From Nitrososphaerota archaeon (GTDB lineage Archaea; Thermoproteota; Nitrososphaeria_A; Caldarchaeales; Calditenuaceae): a stretch of DNA of 64,000 nt. The notes beneath the pieces were generated by a model. It made no database searches. It was not told where the DNA came from and was given only the letters and a program-made list of their open reading frames with translations. Of the stretch, positions 22,005-32,279 are shown piece by piece. The stretch covers positions 1,056,001 through 1,120,000 of the forward strand of contig JBEPYO010000001.1 of the NCBI GenBank assembly GCA_041641295.1, given 5' to 3'. The stretch's first letter is position 1. Each line of letters starts with the position of its first letter. The position numbers and the translations under genes are program-made.

Positions 22005-23147
22005 TCAATACAGCATGGAATTATGGTAGAGATCCAGCGAAATGCGGGCTATCTCGTCCCAAGTTATAAGCTTTTCTCTGCCTCTAGCGCCTAGGTCTTT
22101 AGCTAGCACTCTATCTTCCAGCAGTGTCAATATAGCATCAGCCAATGCCCTAGCGTCTCTGGGAGGCACTATGATTCCATCTACCAAGTGCTTGACCCTG
22201 TACGGCACCTCACCCACGCTAGAGGCTATAACAGCCTTACCCCTAGCCCACGCTTCACTTATTACCAAAGAGTATACCTCTGCATAGTTGCATACGCTAG
22301 GCAATATAAGGCATGTTGAAGCGTCTATTGCTGCTACCTTTACTCGTTCATCAACAGGACCTAAGAATAATGTCTTGTCTCTTATTCTCAATTTTTCTGC
22401 CACATCCACATACCTCTTAACATCACCGGGACCTACAAACACAAACACAACGTCATGTACTGCTTTTAAAACATAGGATGCAGCTTCCAATAGCACGCTC
22501 ACACCTTTGAGGGGGTGAAGCCTCCCGACATAAAGTATTACATTGTTGAATAGACCATATCTGACCCTAAACTCTTCCTCAAGGCTTGGCAACTCGAGGA
22601 GTTCCCTGTCTATTCCATCAGGCACGTAGTGTAAGTGTTTGGCACCATATCTTCTCTCGAGGATCTTCATGTCCCTTAGGCTTTTCACAAGCTTTAGATC
22701 AGCTACACTTAGAGCCCTCAAGGTAGTCCACCTTCCGTAGAATCTTCCAACAGTCCTAACTATTGTATCAGGGTGGTCTGACAGCGCATCTACAGCCATG
22801 AAGTGGACGGCTATCTTGGCACCTAGGCTCTTGGCCCTCTCTGCAATCGTCATGTTGAAGAGAGAGTTTTGGGAGTGAACATGAACTACATCGGCATCCT
22901 TAAACAACTTCTTGTCGAGCTCGCTGGGTACCGTAAGGTCAGGATAATGCAGTCTCAAAGCCTTAACTCTGTGTACGTAAACTCCGTTCAGCACCCCTTC
23001 AACGTAGACGCCACTACTCACTATGTTGCTAGTAACCACATGCACTTCATGATCTAACCTCGCTTGCTCTTCTGCTAACTTCTGTACGACTTTCTCAATA
23101 CCTCCAGGGGTTGGATAGTAGCTATGATGGACGTGTACTATGCGCAT
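22005..23147 (-). CDS. GT4 glycosyltransferase
   Basis: YPTPGGIE, YVGRLHPLKG, SEAWARGKAVI. Confidence 0.92.
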   Translation of the reverse strand: MRIVHVHHSYYPTPGGIEKVVQKLAEEQARLDHEVHVVTSNIVSSGVYVEGVLNGVYVHRVKALRLHYPDLTVPSELDKKLFKDADVVHVHSQNSLFNMTIAERAKSLGAKIAVHFMAVDALSDHPDTIVRTVGRFYGRWTTLRALSVADLKLVKSLRDMKILERRYGAKHLHYVPDGIDRELLELPSLEEEFRVRYGLFNNVILYVGRLHPLKGVSVLLEAASYVLKAVHDVVFVFVGPGDVKRYVDVAEKLRIRDKTLFLGPVDERVKVAAIDASTCLILPSVCNYAEVYSLVISEAWARGKAVIASSVGEVPYRVKHLVDGIIVPPRDARALADAILTLLEDRVLAKDLGARGREKLITWDEIARISLDLYHNSMLY

Positions 23148-24262
23148 AGCTGCTTATAGACTTCCTCGTATTTTGGAAGTATCTTTGACCATGAATGCTG
23201 AAGAGCCCACTCTCTCGCATTAATGCTAAGTTTTTTGTAAAGTTTTTTGTCTATTAGCAACGTTACTATTTTCTCTCCGAAGTCATTTGGGCTCGGCTTC
23301 GCGTAGAGACTCGTCTTTCTTGGAGGTGCTGTATATAGTTGTCCCCCATTCCCGGTTATAACGCAAGGCTTTCCGAACGCTTGAGCCTCAAGAAGAGCTA
23401 TGCCGAACGGCTCATAAAGTGCCGGATGAGCGAAGACTAAGCACCCAGAGTATAGCCTGCTTTTTTCGTCCTCTGATACTATGCCTAGGTACTCAAAGTC
23501 TATACCGCGCTTCTGCCCATAGCTCTTCAGCTTCATCACCAGCCCCTCGTTGGGGCCAGCTAGCATCAGCCTCGCAGCTGGAACCTCTTTCTTCACATGC
23601 ATCATAGCCTTGACTAGTAAATCAACATTTTTTGATCGGCTGATCCTACCCAAATACAGCACTATTGGACTCTTTTCTTCGCTCTGGGCCGAAGCGACGA
23701 GTCTGTCATCTATGCCATTAGGTACGATGACCACCTTCTCATCCTTAGCATGTAGCTCTTTCACAAGCACTCTTCTTTCCTGCGGCGTCAGTGCTATTAC
23801 TTTGTCATAGCTGTTCACGACGTTTTTCATAAACAAGTCCACGGTTTGATGGTAAAGCCAAGTCATCAATACAAGCTGGCCGAGTATGTGGAAAGGTGCA
23901 TGAGCATGAAGTACTGCTCTGAAGTTAAACCTTGCCTTGAGCTTTGCCACCTGAAACACATGGGGATGCCTCCACACGTGAACATGAACTAGATCTGGTC
24001 TAAGTTTTCTCAGCACTTCAGGTAGCTCAGTGCTGTATGTCCCGTGGCTCCAGATGACGTTAGGTTTCAACCTGACTACATGGACATTGTTGATGGTCTC
24101 TTCCTTAGATAGAGAACCCTCGCCACCAACTCTTAACCTATTATAAGTTACGACGTAAAGCTCGTTACCCTTAGAGGCCATGTATTCCGCTACCCTCTTA
24201 ACAACCTCCTCAACACCACCAATGACGGGATAGTAAAATGGAGCTATGTGAACTATTCTCAT
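23138..24262 (-). CDS. GT4 glycosyltransferase
   Basis: YPVIGGVE, VPNGID, EPFGIALLEAQAFGKP. Confidence 0.93.
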   Translation of the reverse strand: MRIVHIAPFYYPVIGGVEEVVKRVAEYMASKGNELYVVTYNRLRVGGEGSLSKEETINNVHVVRLKPNVIWSHGTYSTELPEVLRKLRPDLVHVHVWRHPHVFQVAKLKARFNFRAVLHAHAPFHILGQLVLMTWLYHQTVDLFMKNVVNSYDKVIALTPQERRVLVKELHAKDEKVVIVPNGIDDRLVASAQSEEKSPIVLYLGRISRSKNVDLLVKAMMHVKKEVPAARLMLAGPNEGLVMKLKSYGQKRGIDFEYLGIVSEDEKSRLYSGCLVFAHPALYEPFGIALLEAQAFGKPCVITGNGGQLYTAPPRKTSLYAKPSPNDFGEKIVTLLIDKKLYKKLSINAREWALQHSWSKILPKYEEVYKQLCA

Positions 24263-24264
24263 CG

Positions 24265-24945
24265 TTAAGGCTTTACTGCTAAGACTATTAACCTTCTAGC
24301 TAAGGATGCTTTCAGTGAGAAGAAATTATCTAATAGTCTGAAGAAAATATTCTTAGGGTGAATGTCGGAGGCTCTGGCGACCTTTACCACTTTGAAACCA
24401 TGATACTCTAAAATCTCTTTCAAGGCTCTTAGTGTGAAAGCCCTTATGTGCCCTGAAGGCATGCCGAAGATCCCCTCTCTGTAGGGGACACCAACTATGG
24501 TCTCCATTGAGACCTCGACATTATAAGGTTGGTAGCCGAGAAGGAAGACTACCCTATTGACCCAGCTAGCCAGGTTCGGCGTCGAGATAAGCAAGGTATC
24601 ACCTCTTCTGAGGACTCTGCAAGCCTCCTTCAGCATATGGTCAGGATTAGTCAAATGCTCTATCACCTCAAATGAAGATACTACATCAAAAAACTCGTCC
24701 GGGAAGGAGGGGCTCTCGATGTTTAGATCCAGCCTGTAGGCTTTTATCCCTCGATGATTGGCTCTCGAGACGGCCCCCTCCCTGACATCAATCCCATAGA
24801 TCTCCCTCGCTTGTAGTCTCTCTCCTAGGAGTAGGGATATTTCGCCATCACCGCAACCCAAGTCAAGAAGTCTTTCCACTTTGCCAACAATGCTAGTTAC
24901 CAACTCTAGAGCCACTTTAACCCTTGGCAAAAGTTCTGCAGACAT
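24265..24945 (-). CDS. Class I SAM methyltransferase
   Basis: LLDLGCGDG, FEVIEHL, ISTPN; likely start is the ATG overlapping the GT2 stop (TAATG). Confidence 0.85.
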   Translation of the reverse strand: MSAELLPRVKVALELVTSIVGKVERLLDLGCGDGEISLLLGERLQAREIYGIDVREGAVSRANHRGIKAYRLDLNIESPSFPDEFFDVVSSFEVIEHLTNPDHMLKEACRVLRRGDTLLISTPNLASWVNRVVFLLGYQPYNVEVSMETIVGVPYREGIFGMPSGHIRAFTLRALKEILEYHGFKVVKVARASDIHPKNIFFRLLDNFFSLKASLARRLIVLAVKP

Positions 24946-26051
24946 TATTCCTTGGACTCCTTCCGCCATACTATCTCCCTCGTCCATAGGTTCCTTAAAA
25001 CTCCTACCGCTAAAAAGAATTGCTGAACTATCCATGTTCTATACTGTTTTATACTCAATAGAGCGAGTCCTAGTATCAGGATTGCTAGGGCTGTTGGAGA
25101 ATATGCGACTAGTGCGCTTATCATTAGCAAGATTGCTACTGCGAGTAGCAATGATGGGTTTACTAGGTGCAGGAATGACTCTATGAGCAGTATTTTCTTG
25201 AACTCTCTCGGCGCCCGCTTTACCATTTTTAGCGTTTTGGCGAAGTGCTGTATTAGGTGCTGAGCTCTTCTAACCCTCCACCAGAAGTAGTCCTTATTGG
25301 GGACGGCTTCTTCCACCCAGATGTCTTCTGGCGTTATTGCTCTGAAACCGATTAGCGCCATCCTAGTTGCAGTGTGGCTGTCGTCTGCGCCGATATCTGT
25401 GGGGAAGCCGCCCAGCTTTTCTATGAGGTCTCTCCTGAAGGCCGCTAGTTCTCCATGGAATATTGGCGTGGCATAGGCCTTGCTCTCGGCGACTCTTAAG
25501 ATATTGTAGTAATGTCTGTAGTCTTCCTCGACACCTTTAACCCCGTCTCCCACAGGCTTCTTCAGGCATGATATGGCCCCGATCTCTGGGTCTGCGAACC
25601 ACTTTAAAGCCTCTGGAAGTGCTTTGTTAGGCCATGAAGCGTCAACATCGGCCAGAACTATAATCTCGCCGTTAGCATGTTTTAGTGCATTGTTAAGTGC
25701 GTAGGCCTTCCCCCTCCTATAAGCCTCCCTGACCAGCTTGAGACTCACGTCTCCATGCTTAGAAGCCCATTCTTCAACGAGCTCGGCTGTACCATCATCG
25801 CTTGCACTATCAACGACTATTATCTCCATGAGTTCTTTCGGATAGTCTTGGGAGTAAATATTGTCGAGCCTGCTCCAGATCAGCTTGGCCTCCCTATATG
25901 TAGGCACTATAATCGATGCTCTGGGCTTATACTCTTCGTCAACTTTAACATTCCAAGGCCTCGGCAGCCACTTCGCTTTAGCATACTGGTAGTAGATTAG
26001 CGGTACACCGAAGTGAATCCCGGCCAGCATCAAGGCTAAAAGGTCTAACAT
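24945..26051 (-). CDS. GT2 glycosyltransferase (membrane-associated)
   Basis: IIVPTYRE, VVDSASDD, GKAYALN, DVD, ADD, RVRRA; flanking TMs. Confidence 0.9.
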   Translation of the reverse strand: MLDLLALMLAGIHFGVPLIYYQYAKAKWLPRPWNVKVDEEYKPRASIIVPTYREAKLIWSRLDNIYSQDYPKELMEIIVVDSASDDGTAELVEEWASKHGDVSLKLVREAYRRGKAYALNNALKHANGEIIVLADVDASWPNKALPEALKWFADPEIGAISCLKKPVGDGVKGVEEDYRHYYNILRVAESKAYATPIFHGELAAFRRDLIEKLGGFPTDIGADDSHTATRMALIGFRAITPEDIWVEEAVPNKDYFWWRVRRAQHLIQHFAKTLKMVKRAPREFKKILLIESFLHLVNPSLLLAVAILLMISALVAYSPTALAILILGLALLSIKQYRTWIVQQFFLAVGVLRNLWTREIVWRKESKE

Positions 26052-26202
26052 GTTTTCTCTAAAAAAGCTGGGACGTTCGGCAATAGCTCCGTTGCCTAAA
26101 GCTCACATCTAGGAAAGTTGCTGGTGTAGCAGTGATTTAGCACAGTGAAAATGCTTAGCTTAGATCCTATGAAGACGAAGTGTGTGAATTTAGGATTCTG
26201 CG

Positions 26203-27666
26203 TCATGGTTTGTTGATTATTTCTACTTTCTGCAGGCGGTATTTCCTGTATGCTGAGGCTGAGAGTAGTCCGAGAGTTAGGAGTGAGAGTGAGACCATTA
26301 TAGGGTTGAGCCTTATGCCCCATGGCGTATAGTTAAGGACGAGACCTACTAGTGGGACGAGTGCCAAGCTCAGGCCTATGGAGAGTGCAAGCCTTTCCAG
26401 GGGACTTAGCTCCTCTCCGCGCGGGTAGAGTGCCTCGACCAGCGAGTATCCTGGGAGGAAGAGCACGAATAGCGAGCCCAAAGCCATACGCATGATAGAG
26501 AGTGCTGGATGGATGTTTGATAGGTAGACTGTTAGGATGCTTAGGATTACTAGGCCTGCCGAGACCATGAAGCCTATGTTGTGTCTTGAAACCATGTAGA
26601 TTACGAAGGTTTGTGGAGGGTTTGGGTCCACGAGCTTTAGGGCGCCTCGGCGGATCAGGTTGAAGACGGCCTTTGCCATCTTGCTCGTTGTGTACCCTGT
26701 GCTACCTGAAAAGACTAGGTTCTCTAGGCTGAGGGGGTTTTGAGACTTCACTAGTCTTCGGACTGTCTTCTCTACGTCGCTTAGGCCTTCGTCGCCACCT
26801 TCTCTCCATACAAGCCTCCAATTCCTATAGAACTTGGCTAGGTTAATCCATAGCCTCTCCCGAAGATAGATGTAGCCACCGACACCTGCGGTGGCTGCAG
26901 CTGCTAGCCCGCCTATGCCAGTGAAAAGCCTGAGCCTCGCGGCCTCGATGCCCTGCCTCGAGACTTCAGGCTCCATGGAGACTACCTTCAAGGCTAGATC
27001 GCTTGCTTCAGTCGCGTTTCCAGCCATGGCGCTGGACAGAGCCTTTCTGAGGAGCCCTACCATCTTCGATATGTCTCCGCCGTTTGACTCAGCCCTTCTC
27101 ACCGCAAGATATCCGTCTAGGATTGGCTTCTCCAGCTCAGGATTTAGGAAGGACGCCATGGAGACTGTCCGCTCGGCACCGCTCGTCACGTTGAGCCAGA
27201 GCTGGTTCCATCTGCCGTGGTATGTGAATTGTCCTAGCGTCTCATTGTAAGTCCACATCTCGAATACGAGTCTCACATTATCGCCCGGAGTATTCAACAC
27301 TATATCTACTGGGATGGTGTCGGAGGAGTTATGCGCTAGTATGGTCCTGACCTCCATTATAGGCTCAGCCGCTAAAGGCACAGTGGCGTTAACTGTGGAA
27401 TTTCTGTCACCTACCTTAACGAGGACCTGGTAATACATCACGCGGCCCTCGTGGTTCCCAACGTAGACATTGAGTCTGAAGGGCTGCCCAGCCATGACTA
27501 CCCTCGGGTAATCGGCTATCTTCCCCTTCGGCCCCAGGAGACCTAGCTCGGAGAAGGGTTCTACTACGCGCCCAGCATTCAAAACTTGAACCGCGGCGAA
27601 GACTCCTGAAATCAAAAGTATGGCGGCTATCACAGCCAAAACTTCGTCGTTGAAGACCCAGCTCAT
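26203..27666 (-). CDS. DUF1616-domain membrane protein with rearranged domain order
   Basis: EPFSELGLLGPKGKIADYP...VGNHEG at the N-terminus; FVLFLPGY...ERLALSIGLS...LNYTPWGI at the C-terminus. Confidence 0.75.
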   Translation of the reverse strand: MSWVFNDEVLAVIAAILLISGVFAAVQVLNAGRVVEPFSELGLLGPKGKIADYPRVVMAGQPFRLNVYVGNHEGRVMYYQVLVKVGDRNSTVNATVPLAAEPIMEVRTILAHNSSDTIPVDIVLNTPGDNVRLVFEMWTYNETLGQFTYHGRWNQLWLNVTSGAERTVSMASFLNPELEKPILDGYLAVRRAESNGGDISKMVGLLRKALSSAMAGNATEASDLALKVVSMEPEVSRQGIEAARLRLFTGIGGLAAAATAGVGGYIYLRERLWINLAKFYRNWRLVWREGGDEGLSDVEKTVRRLVKSQNPLSLENLVFSGSTGYTTSKMAKAVFNLIRRGALKLVDPNPPQTFVIYMVSRHNIGFMVSAGLVILSILTVYLSNIHPALSIMRMALGSLFVLFLPGYSLVEALYPRGEELSPLERLALSIGLSLALVPLVGLVLNYTPWGIRLNPIMVSLSLLTLGLLSASAYRKYRLQKVEIINKP

Positions 27667-27765
27667 CAGGCACCAGCCCCACTTTTAAGGGCCAGCTCAC
27701 CCTCCAGCCTGATTGTGTCGCAACTGTGTAAATCTTTCAAAGCCGATATAGCTTGAGGTCTCAAG

Positions 27766-29265
27766 TTAGCCTGACTTCCCGCCGACAGCCCTGAGGATCC
27801 TTCTCTCAACCCTCTTTAGGAGCAGTGATATGGTGGCTAGTGTGAATCCCTGGAGACCGATTACGAGGAGGACGAGGTCGAGCCAGGCCCAGCCCAGCGA
27901 CCATCTTTCAGCCCCGAAAACATAGCGGATGTATAGCTGCCATATCAAGATGAGCGCGCCTGGAACTGCTAGGAGCGCGGCTATGGCGGAGAGGAGGAAG
28001 ACTGGGTTGTAAAGCCAAGCCATCTTGAAGACCGTTACCAGAATGTTAAACCCATCCTTCCAGCTCTGGAGCTTTCTACGCCCAATCCTTCTCCTGTAGC
28101 TTATTGGTATCTCAGCCACCTTGCCGAGGTTGGAGAGTTGGGCCGCGATTTCAGCCTCAACAGCGAAGCCCTTGGATGTGAGTTCCAAATTTCTAACACT
28201 ATCTGTCTTTAAGACATACATACCGCTGCATGGGTCGTTTAGCCTGCGACCCATAAGCAGGCTCAAGGCCGTGCTGATAATACGGTTCCCAAGTCTATGA
28301 AGAGGTGGGATGTTGTGCCTATCCATCCTGAGGCCTATAACCTCATCATATTCTGGGGCGATGCTCAGCAGCCTTTTAATGTCCCTTGCATCATAGGTGC
28401 CGTCGCCATCCATCAGGACCATGAAGGGTGTATCAACGACTTCTATTGCGGTTCTAATGGCTCCGGCCTTACCGGCTCCACGCTGATAAATGACCTTAAC
28501 ACCTCTTTCCCTAGCAATCTCCACGGTTTTATCAGTCGAGTATCCGTCCACAACGAGAATATTGTCGTAGCCCTCACTTTTAAGCTCATCTATGACCGTC
28601 CCTATGGCCTCAGCCTCATTCAGCGTAGGTATAACAATGGTCACATGTTCCGGCGATACGTTCCCACCTCTCAGGGCGGGCATCTGAGCAGGGCCTTCAG
28701 GATCAGCCACTCTATTTGGGCCCGTAACAATGTTAGGAGGCGTGAGTGTTACTGTGCTCCCACGGCGCATTACAATGCCCAGCAACATTGCCGTAAGCAA
28801 TGTGAGGGAGATGACCAGTCCTTCGCCGGTGAGGAGTGGGGCGTCGAAGCTTTTGAGGGCTTGGAAGGTTGTGGGCTCTGTAGCCAGCGCTAGGGTTGGG
28901 ATGAGGTTGATGGAGCTGCCGATGTGAAATGTCAGGTCCGTCTCAATCCACAGAGACTCCCTATAGACGGGCCAGAACAGTGGCGTGGCTCCTGAGAAGG
29001 TGTCGAGCAGCGTATGTGAGGCTAGCGCGGAGAAGGCTAGGACGCATGTGCGCATCCCTCTCTTCATAACGTGGGCCATTATGGTGGGAGGGAGGAAGAC
29101 TGCCGCATAAACGGGAATAGAGTGGGATAGCGACCTGTGCACGAGAAAGAGGACGTCAAAGTCGGGGGCTAACGCAAGAAGCGCTAGGGGTAAAGCCTTT
29201 TTAGGGCTTAGGCCCAGGAGAACAAGCATAACGAATGGGACGGTGAAGTGTATCAGAGGCTCCAT
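27766..29265 (-). CDS. Fusion: YdjM-like metal-dependent membrane hydrolase + GT2 (Dol-P-sugar synthase-like)
   Basis: N-terminal H, PDFD, HRSLSHS, SHTLLD; C-terminal VIPTLNEA, VVDGYSTD, MDGDGTYD plus 2 TMs. Confidence 0.85.
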   Translation of the reverse strand: MEPLIHFTVPFVMLVLLGLSPKKALPLALLALAPDFDVLFLVHRSLSHSIPVYAAVFLPPTIMAHVMKRGMRTCVLAFSALASHTLLDTFSGATPLFWPVYRESLWIETDLTFHIGSSINLIPTLALATEPTTFQALKSFDAPLLTGEGLVISLTLLTAMLLGIVMRRGSTVTLTPPNIVTGPNRVADPEGPAQMPALRGGNVSPEHVTIVIPTLNEAEAIGTVIDELKSEGYDNILVVDGYSTDKTVEIARERGVKVIYQRGAGKAGAIRTAIEVVDTPFMVLMDGDGTYDARDIKRLLSIAPEYDEVIGLRMDRHNIPPLHRLGNRIISTALSLLMGRRLNDPCSGMYVLKTDSVRNLELTSKGFAVEAEIAAQLSNLGKVAEIPISYRRRIGRRKLQSWKDGFNILVTVFKMAWLYNPVFLLSAIAALLAVPGALILIWQLYIRYVFGAERWSLGWAWLDLVLLVIGLQGFTLATISLLLKRVERRILRAVGGKSG

Positions 29266-29335
29266 GCAGACTTAACCGCAATCCTCACTGGCATCCTTGG
29301 AGGGAGCTAAAATCCCAAAATCAAAGTCTAACGTT

Positions 29336-30004
29336 CTAGCCGGTGCTTTTGGATTGAGGCTTTGGCAGCCTCTCTACGACCTCCCTTAGCGTTTTCATCG
29401 TCTCGTTGAGCATCTCTCTGGTCTCCTTAGACTCTTTGACTAGGGTTTCAAGTATTATGGTCAGCTTTTCAGATATCTCGCCATACTTATCTGATATTAG
29501 CTTGAAGTTTTCATCTGTTCTTTTAGCGAAATCTCTAAACTCTTCTACATAGCTGCGGAATTCCTGCCTGTAGTCCCTGAACTCTTCCCTGAAGTCCCTG
29601 AACTCATTTCTGAAGTCTCTGAACTCCCCCCTATAGTCCCTGAACTCCGACCAGTAATCCATGAATATCGCCTGCATCGCTCCAAAGCCTTCCTGAAGCT
29701 CGTCCCCCAGCTCGCCATAAATAATCTTGAACTCCCTGACTTCAGGGCTCACCGAGGCCTTCTCCTCCTTGACCTCTCTAATCTTAGCAGGGGACGGGGG
29801 CTCTCTAACCATTCTAAGGAAGCTTGAGAGCTGCTCCCTCCCACCCTGCACAAATATTTCGACCGACCCGTCAGGCATGTTTTTAACATATCCAGCCAGA
29901 CCCAGCTCCTGGGCTAAGTCCAAGACATATCTCCTGAACCCGACCCTCTGAACCCTCCCATAAAACCTCAGGACGTATGCCTCCAACTCTACGTCTCCAC
30001 TCAA
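29336..30004 (-). CDS. Acylphosphatase domain + heptad-repeat coiled coil
   Basis: GRVQRVGFR, GYVKNMPDGSV; EFRD(Y/F)Rx repeats. Confidence 0.85.
   Translation of the reverse strand: MSGDVELEAYVLRFYGRVQRVGFRRYVLDLAQELGLAGYVKNMPDGSVEIFVQGGREQLSSFLRMVREPPSPAKIREVKEEKASVSPEVREFKIIYGELGDELQEGFGAMQAIFMDYWSEFRDYRGEFRDFRNEFRDFREEFRDYRQEFRSYVEEFRDFAKRTDENFKLISDKYGEISEKLTIILETLVKESKETREMLNETMKTLREVVERLPKPQSKSTG
29525..29650 (-). repeat. ~6 imperfect 21-bp tandem repeats encoding EFRD(Y/F)Rx
   Basis: EFRDYRG EFRDFRN EFRDFRE EFRDYRQ EFRSYVE EFRDFAK. Confidence 0.8.
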
Positions 30005-30168
30005 TTTATCAGTCCTCCAAGCATACCACTATAGTCAAGCATCGGCCCGGCTTTTAGGCTTCCCAAGCACGTCATTCACAGCCTACTCCTTTCGCCAAAC
30101 CCTAATATCAGCCATGCACCCGCATCTAAAAAGACCAGGTGTGACCGATGTGTCGATGCCGAAGCCAA

Positions 30169-30759
30169 CTACCCCTGAGACTTCTCAGCACTCATCCTAC
30201 CATGTATAGCCTTGGCTAGAGCTGAGATGGCCCCGGCTGTTAGAGCTATCCAGTAGTCGTCAGTGAGGCTGGCTACTGCAGGTGTCAGCACGTTTATGCT
30301 GAGCCCTCCGTATGGTACTGCGTATCTCATCTCGAATTTTCCAGTCAATGGAAGATCTATGCCGAGATAGGACCCGGCTACCTTCAGACCTATGAAGAGT
30401 CCCAGCAGGAATGTGACTGGGAGTGCTAGGCCGGTCATGCTTATCATAGGCTTGGACCACGGCTTTCTCACCAGAACGGATCCAACAAGTATCGCGATTG
30501 CTGCAAGTAGGATGCTGAGGCGGGCGGCCAGGGTCAGGTAAGGTATTATAGGCACGTTCACGGGCCTGCCCAGTATCTCCACGGCTATGGCGAAGGGTGA
30601 GATGTTTGCAGAAAAGGTGCATTGGTCCTCGATACACCCATGCATCCTCCACCAAGGCCGATTAGAAGATACCGTGTAGAGAAGTAGTAAGGTTGCAGCA
30701 ATCCCCGGCAGGTTCACCCTACCGTTCAGCGATAGAGCATCAACAAGCATCATGGGCAC
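30169..30759 (-). CDS. Hypothetical membrane protein
   Basis: About 4 TMs; overlaps the upstream gene. Confidence 0.65.
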   Translation of the reverse strand: MPMMLVDALSLNGRVNLPGIAATLLLLYTVSSNRPWWRMHGCIEDQCTFSANISPFAIAVEILGRPVNVPIIPYLTLAARLSILLAAIAILVGSVLVRKPWSKPMISMTGLALPVTFLLGLFIGLKVAGSYLGIDLPLTGKFEMRYAVPYGGLSINVLTPAVASLTDDYWIALTAGAISALAKAIHGRMSAEKSQG

Positions 30760-31283
30760 TCCAGGCCTAGTGCCTTAACATCCTCCCGGCTAAGCCGGAA
30801 AGACGTCGTTAACGGCACAGTCACAACAGATCCGAAAACCTTTACGAATACTTCACCCTTAACCTCTATGTCTACATAGCCCCGGTCTCTAAAGTATGGC
30901 AACAGTCTGGTAACCGAGCCCTCGCTAAGACTGATGTCTAGGACCACTTCTTTTACAGAGCCAGGGGATGAGGTGACCGGGTGGGCCAAAGTTACAGGAG
31001 CAACCGCCTCCCCACTAGGTCCATAGGCTGTAGCGTTTAGACCCACTAGTTCAAGCCCAATCTCACCCAAGTTAGTTAGCCTAAGAACAGCCTTAGGCTC
31101 CTTATCTATAACTCTAAAGCCAGTAAACTCCATGCGGAAATCCACTTTTGGAGGTGAATACGATGGCGTGATCAATGGAGTGATGTTCCAGCCGTACTGG
31201 TTCAGCGCGAAAACTATTGGGCCCAGCCCAACTCCTATTGACAACGAGATCATGACGATCCTGACTACACTAACCATATTCAA
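30750..31283 (-). CDS. Membrane-anchored LEA_2/WHy-like beta-sandwich protein
   Basis: N-terminal TM, LRLTNLGEIGL, V.V.G.V pattern. Confidence 0.55.
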   Translation of the reverse strand: MNMVSVVRIVMISLSIGVGLGPIVFALNQYGWNITPLITPSYSPPKVDFRMEFTGFRVIDKEPKAVLRLTNLGEIGLELVGLNATAYGPSGEAVAPVTLAHPVTSSPGSVKEVVLDISLSEGSVTRLLPYFRDRGYVDIEVKGEVFVKVFGSVVTVPLTTSFRLSREDVKALGLECP

Positions 31284-31558
31284 ATATAGGCCGTCTCAAG
31301 GGTTTCAGCCACATCTCTGGGAAGCATATGAGGCCTAGATCGCTGAATACACATGTATATTACTTATCATCCCATTTATGCCGTGGCCACAAACACACCA
31401 ATACATCCTCATCTGCCTAGAAGCTCCAACTACTAGTTTTAGCCCTGCTAGGAGAGCCTCTCGACGGCTTCTCTGAGAAGCTTTAACGTCTCACTCACCA
31501 ATAGGATGACCACACCTATGACTTGGTCCCTACTCATCCACTAAGCACCTACGCTCCA

Positions 31559-31999
31559 TTAGATCGACTCTATGACCCCTATACCATAGAACCTACTCAA
31601 CAGTTTTAGGGTTACCGCGTTGTAGATTATGAATGCGGTGTCGTTCCTCCACTCATCTGCTGTTGGGTGGCCCCAGCTCGAGGCAAGCATGCTGAGCCTC
31701 CAGGCATGCCTGACCCCGGCCCTGAGCGGTATATACCGCTCCATGGCCAGCTCCCTAAGCTCCATAATCGTCCTTACAACTAGTCTAATCAACTCCATAC
31801 TCCTGACCCTGGTCAGCCTCAGCTTGAGGAAGGCCCTGATGAAGGCCTTACGCAAGGCACTAACTAAATGCCACTTCCTAGCTCTCTTAACCCGCTCAAC
31901 AGAGTCAGCCAGTCCCTCGTGGAGAAGCCTAGCCACGCCGTCAACCCCACCCGGGTAATCCGGTGATATGCCAAGGGTATCATGGTTAAGCATACTCAT
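31559..31999 (-). CDS. Hypothetical basic helical protein
   Basis: 146 aa, SWGHPTADEWRND motif. Confidence 0.65.
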   Translation of the reverse strand: MSMLNHDTLGISPDYPGGVDGVARLLHEGLADSVERVKRARKWHLVSALRKAFIRAFLKLRLTRVRSMELIRLVVRTIMELRELAMERYIPLRAGVRHAWRLSMLASSWGHPTADEWRNDTAFIIYNAVTLKLLSRFYGIGVIESI

Positions 32000-32279
32000 A
32001 CTCAGGCTTGGGGTAAACTTAGAAAAGGGTACATATATCCTTTTTCAGAGAAGAGATTTTTGTCTAAAGTTTAGAATCACAAAAGCTATATATAGATAGA
32101 CGTAGGAGATCTATTAATCTCCCGTCGTTGGTTTTCATGACGCTAGGTCTTCCCCGTTTTTATGGAGGTTGGGAGTTAACGGATCAAAGTGTAACATTTT
32201 CCTCGGTAATAGATGATGTGAGCTTGGCATAGCTTATGTGACCGTTATCCCATGATAGAACTACTAGATACGCTCAGCC

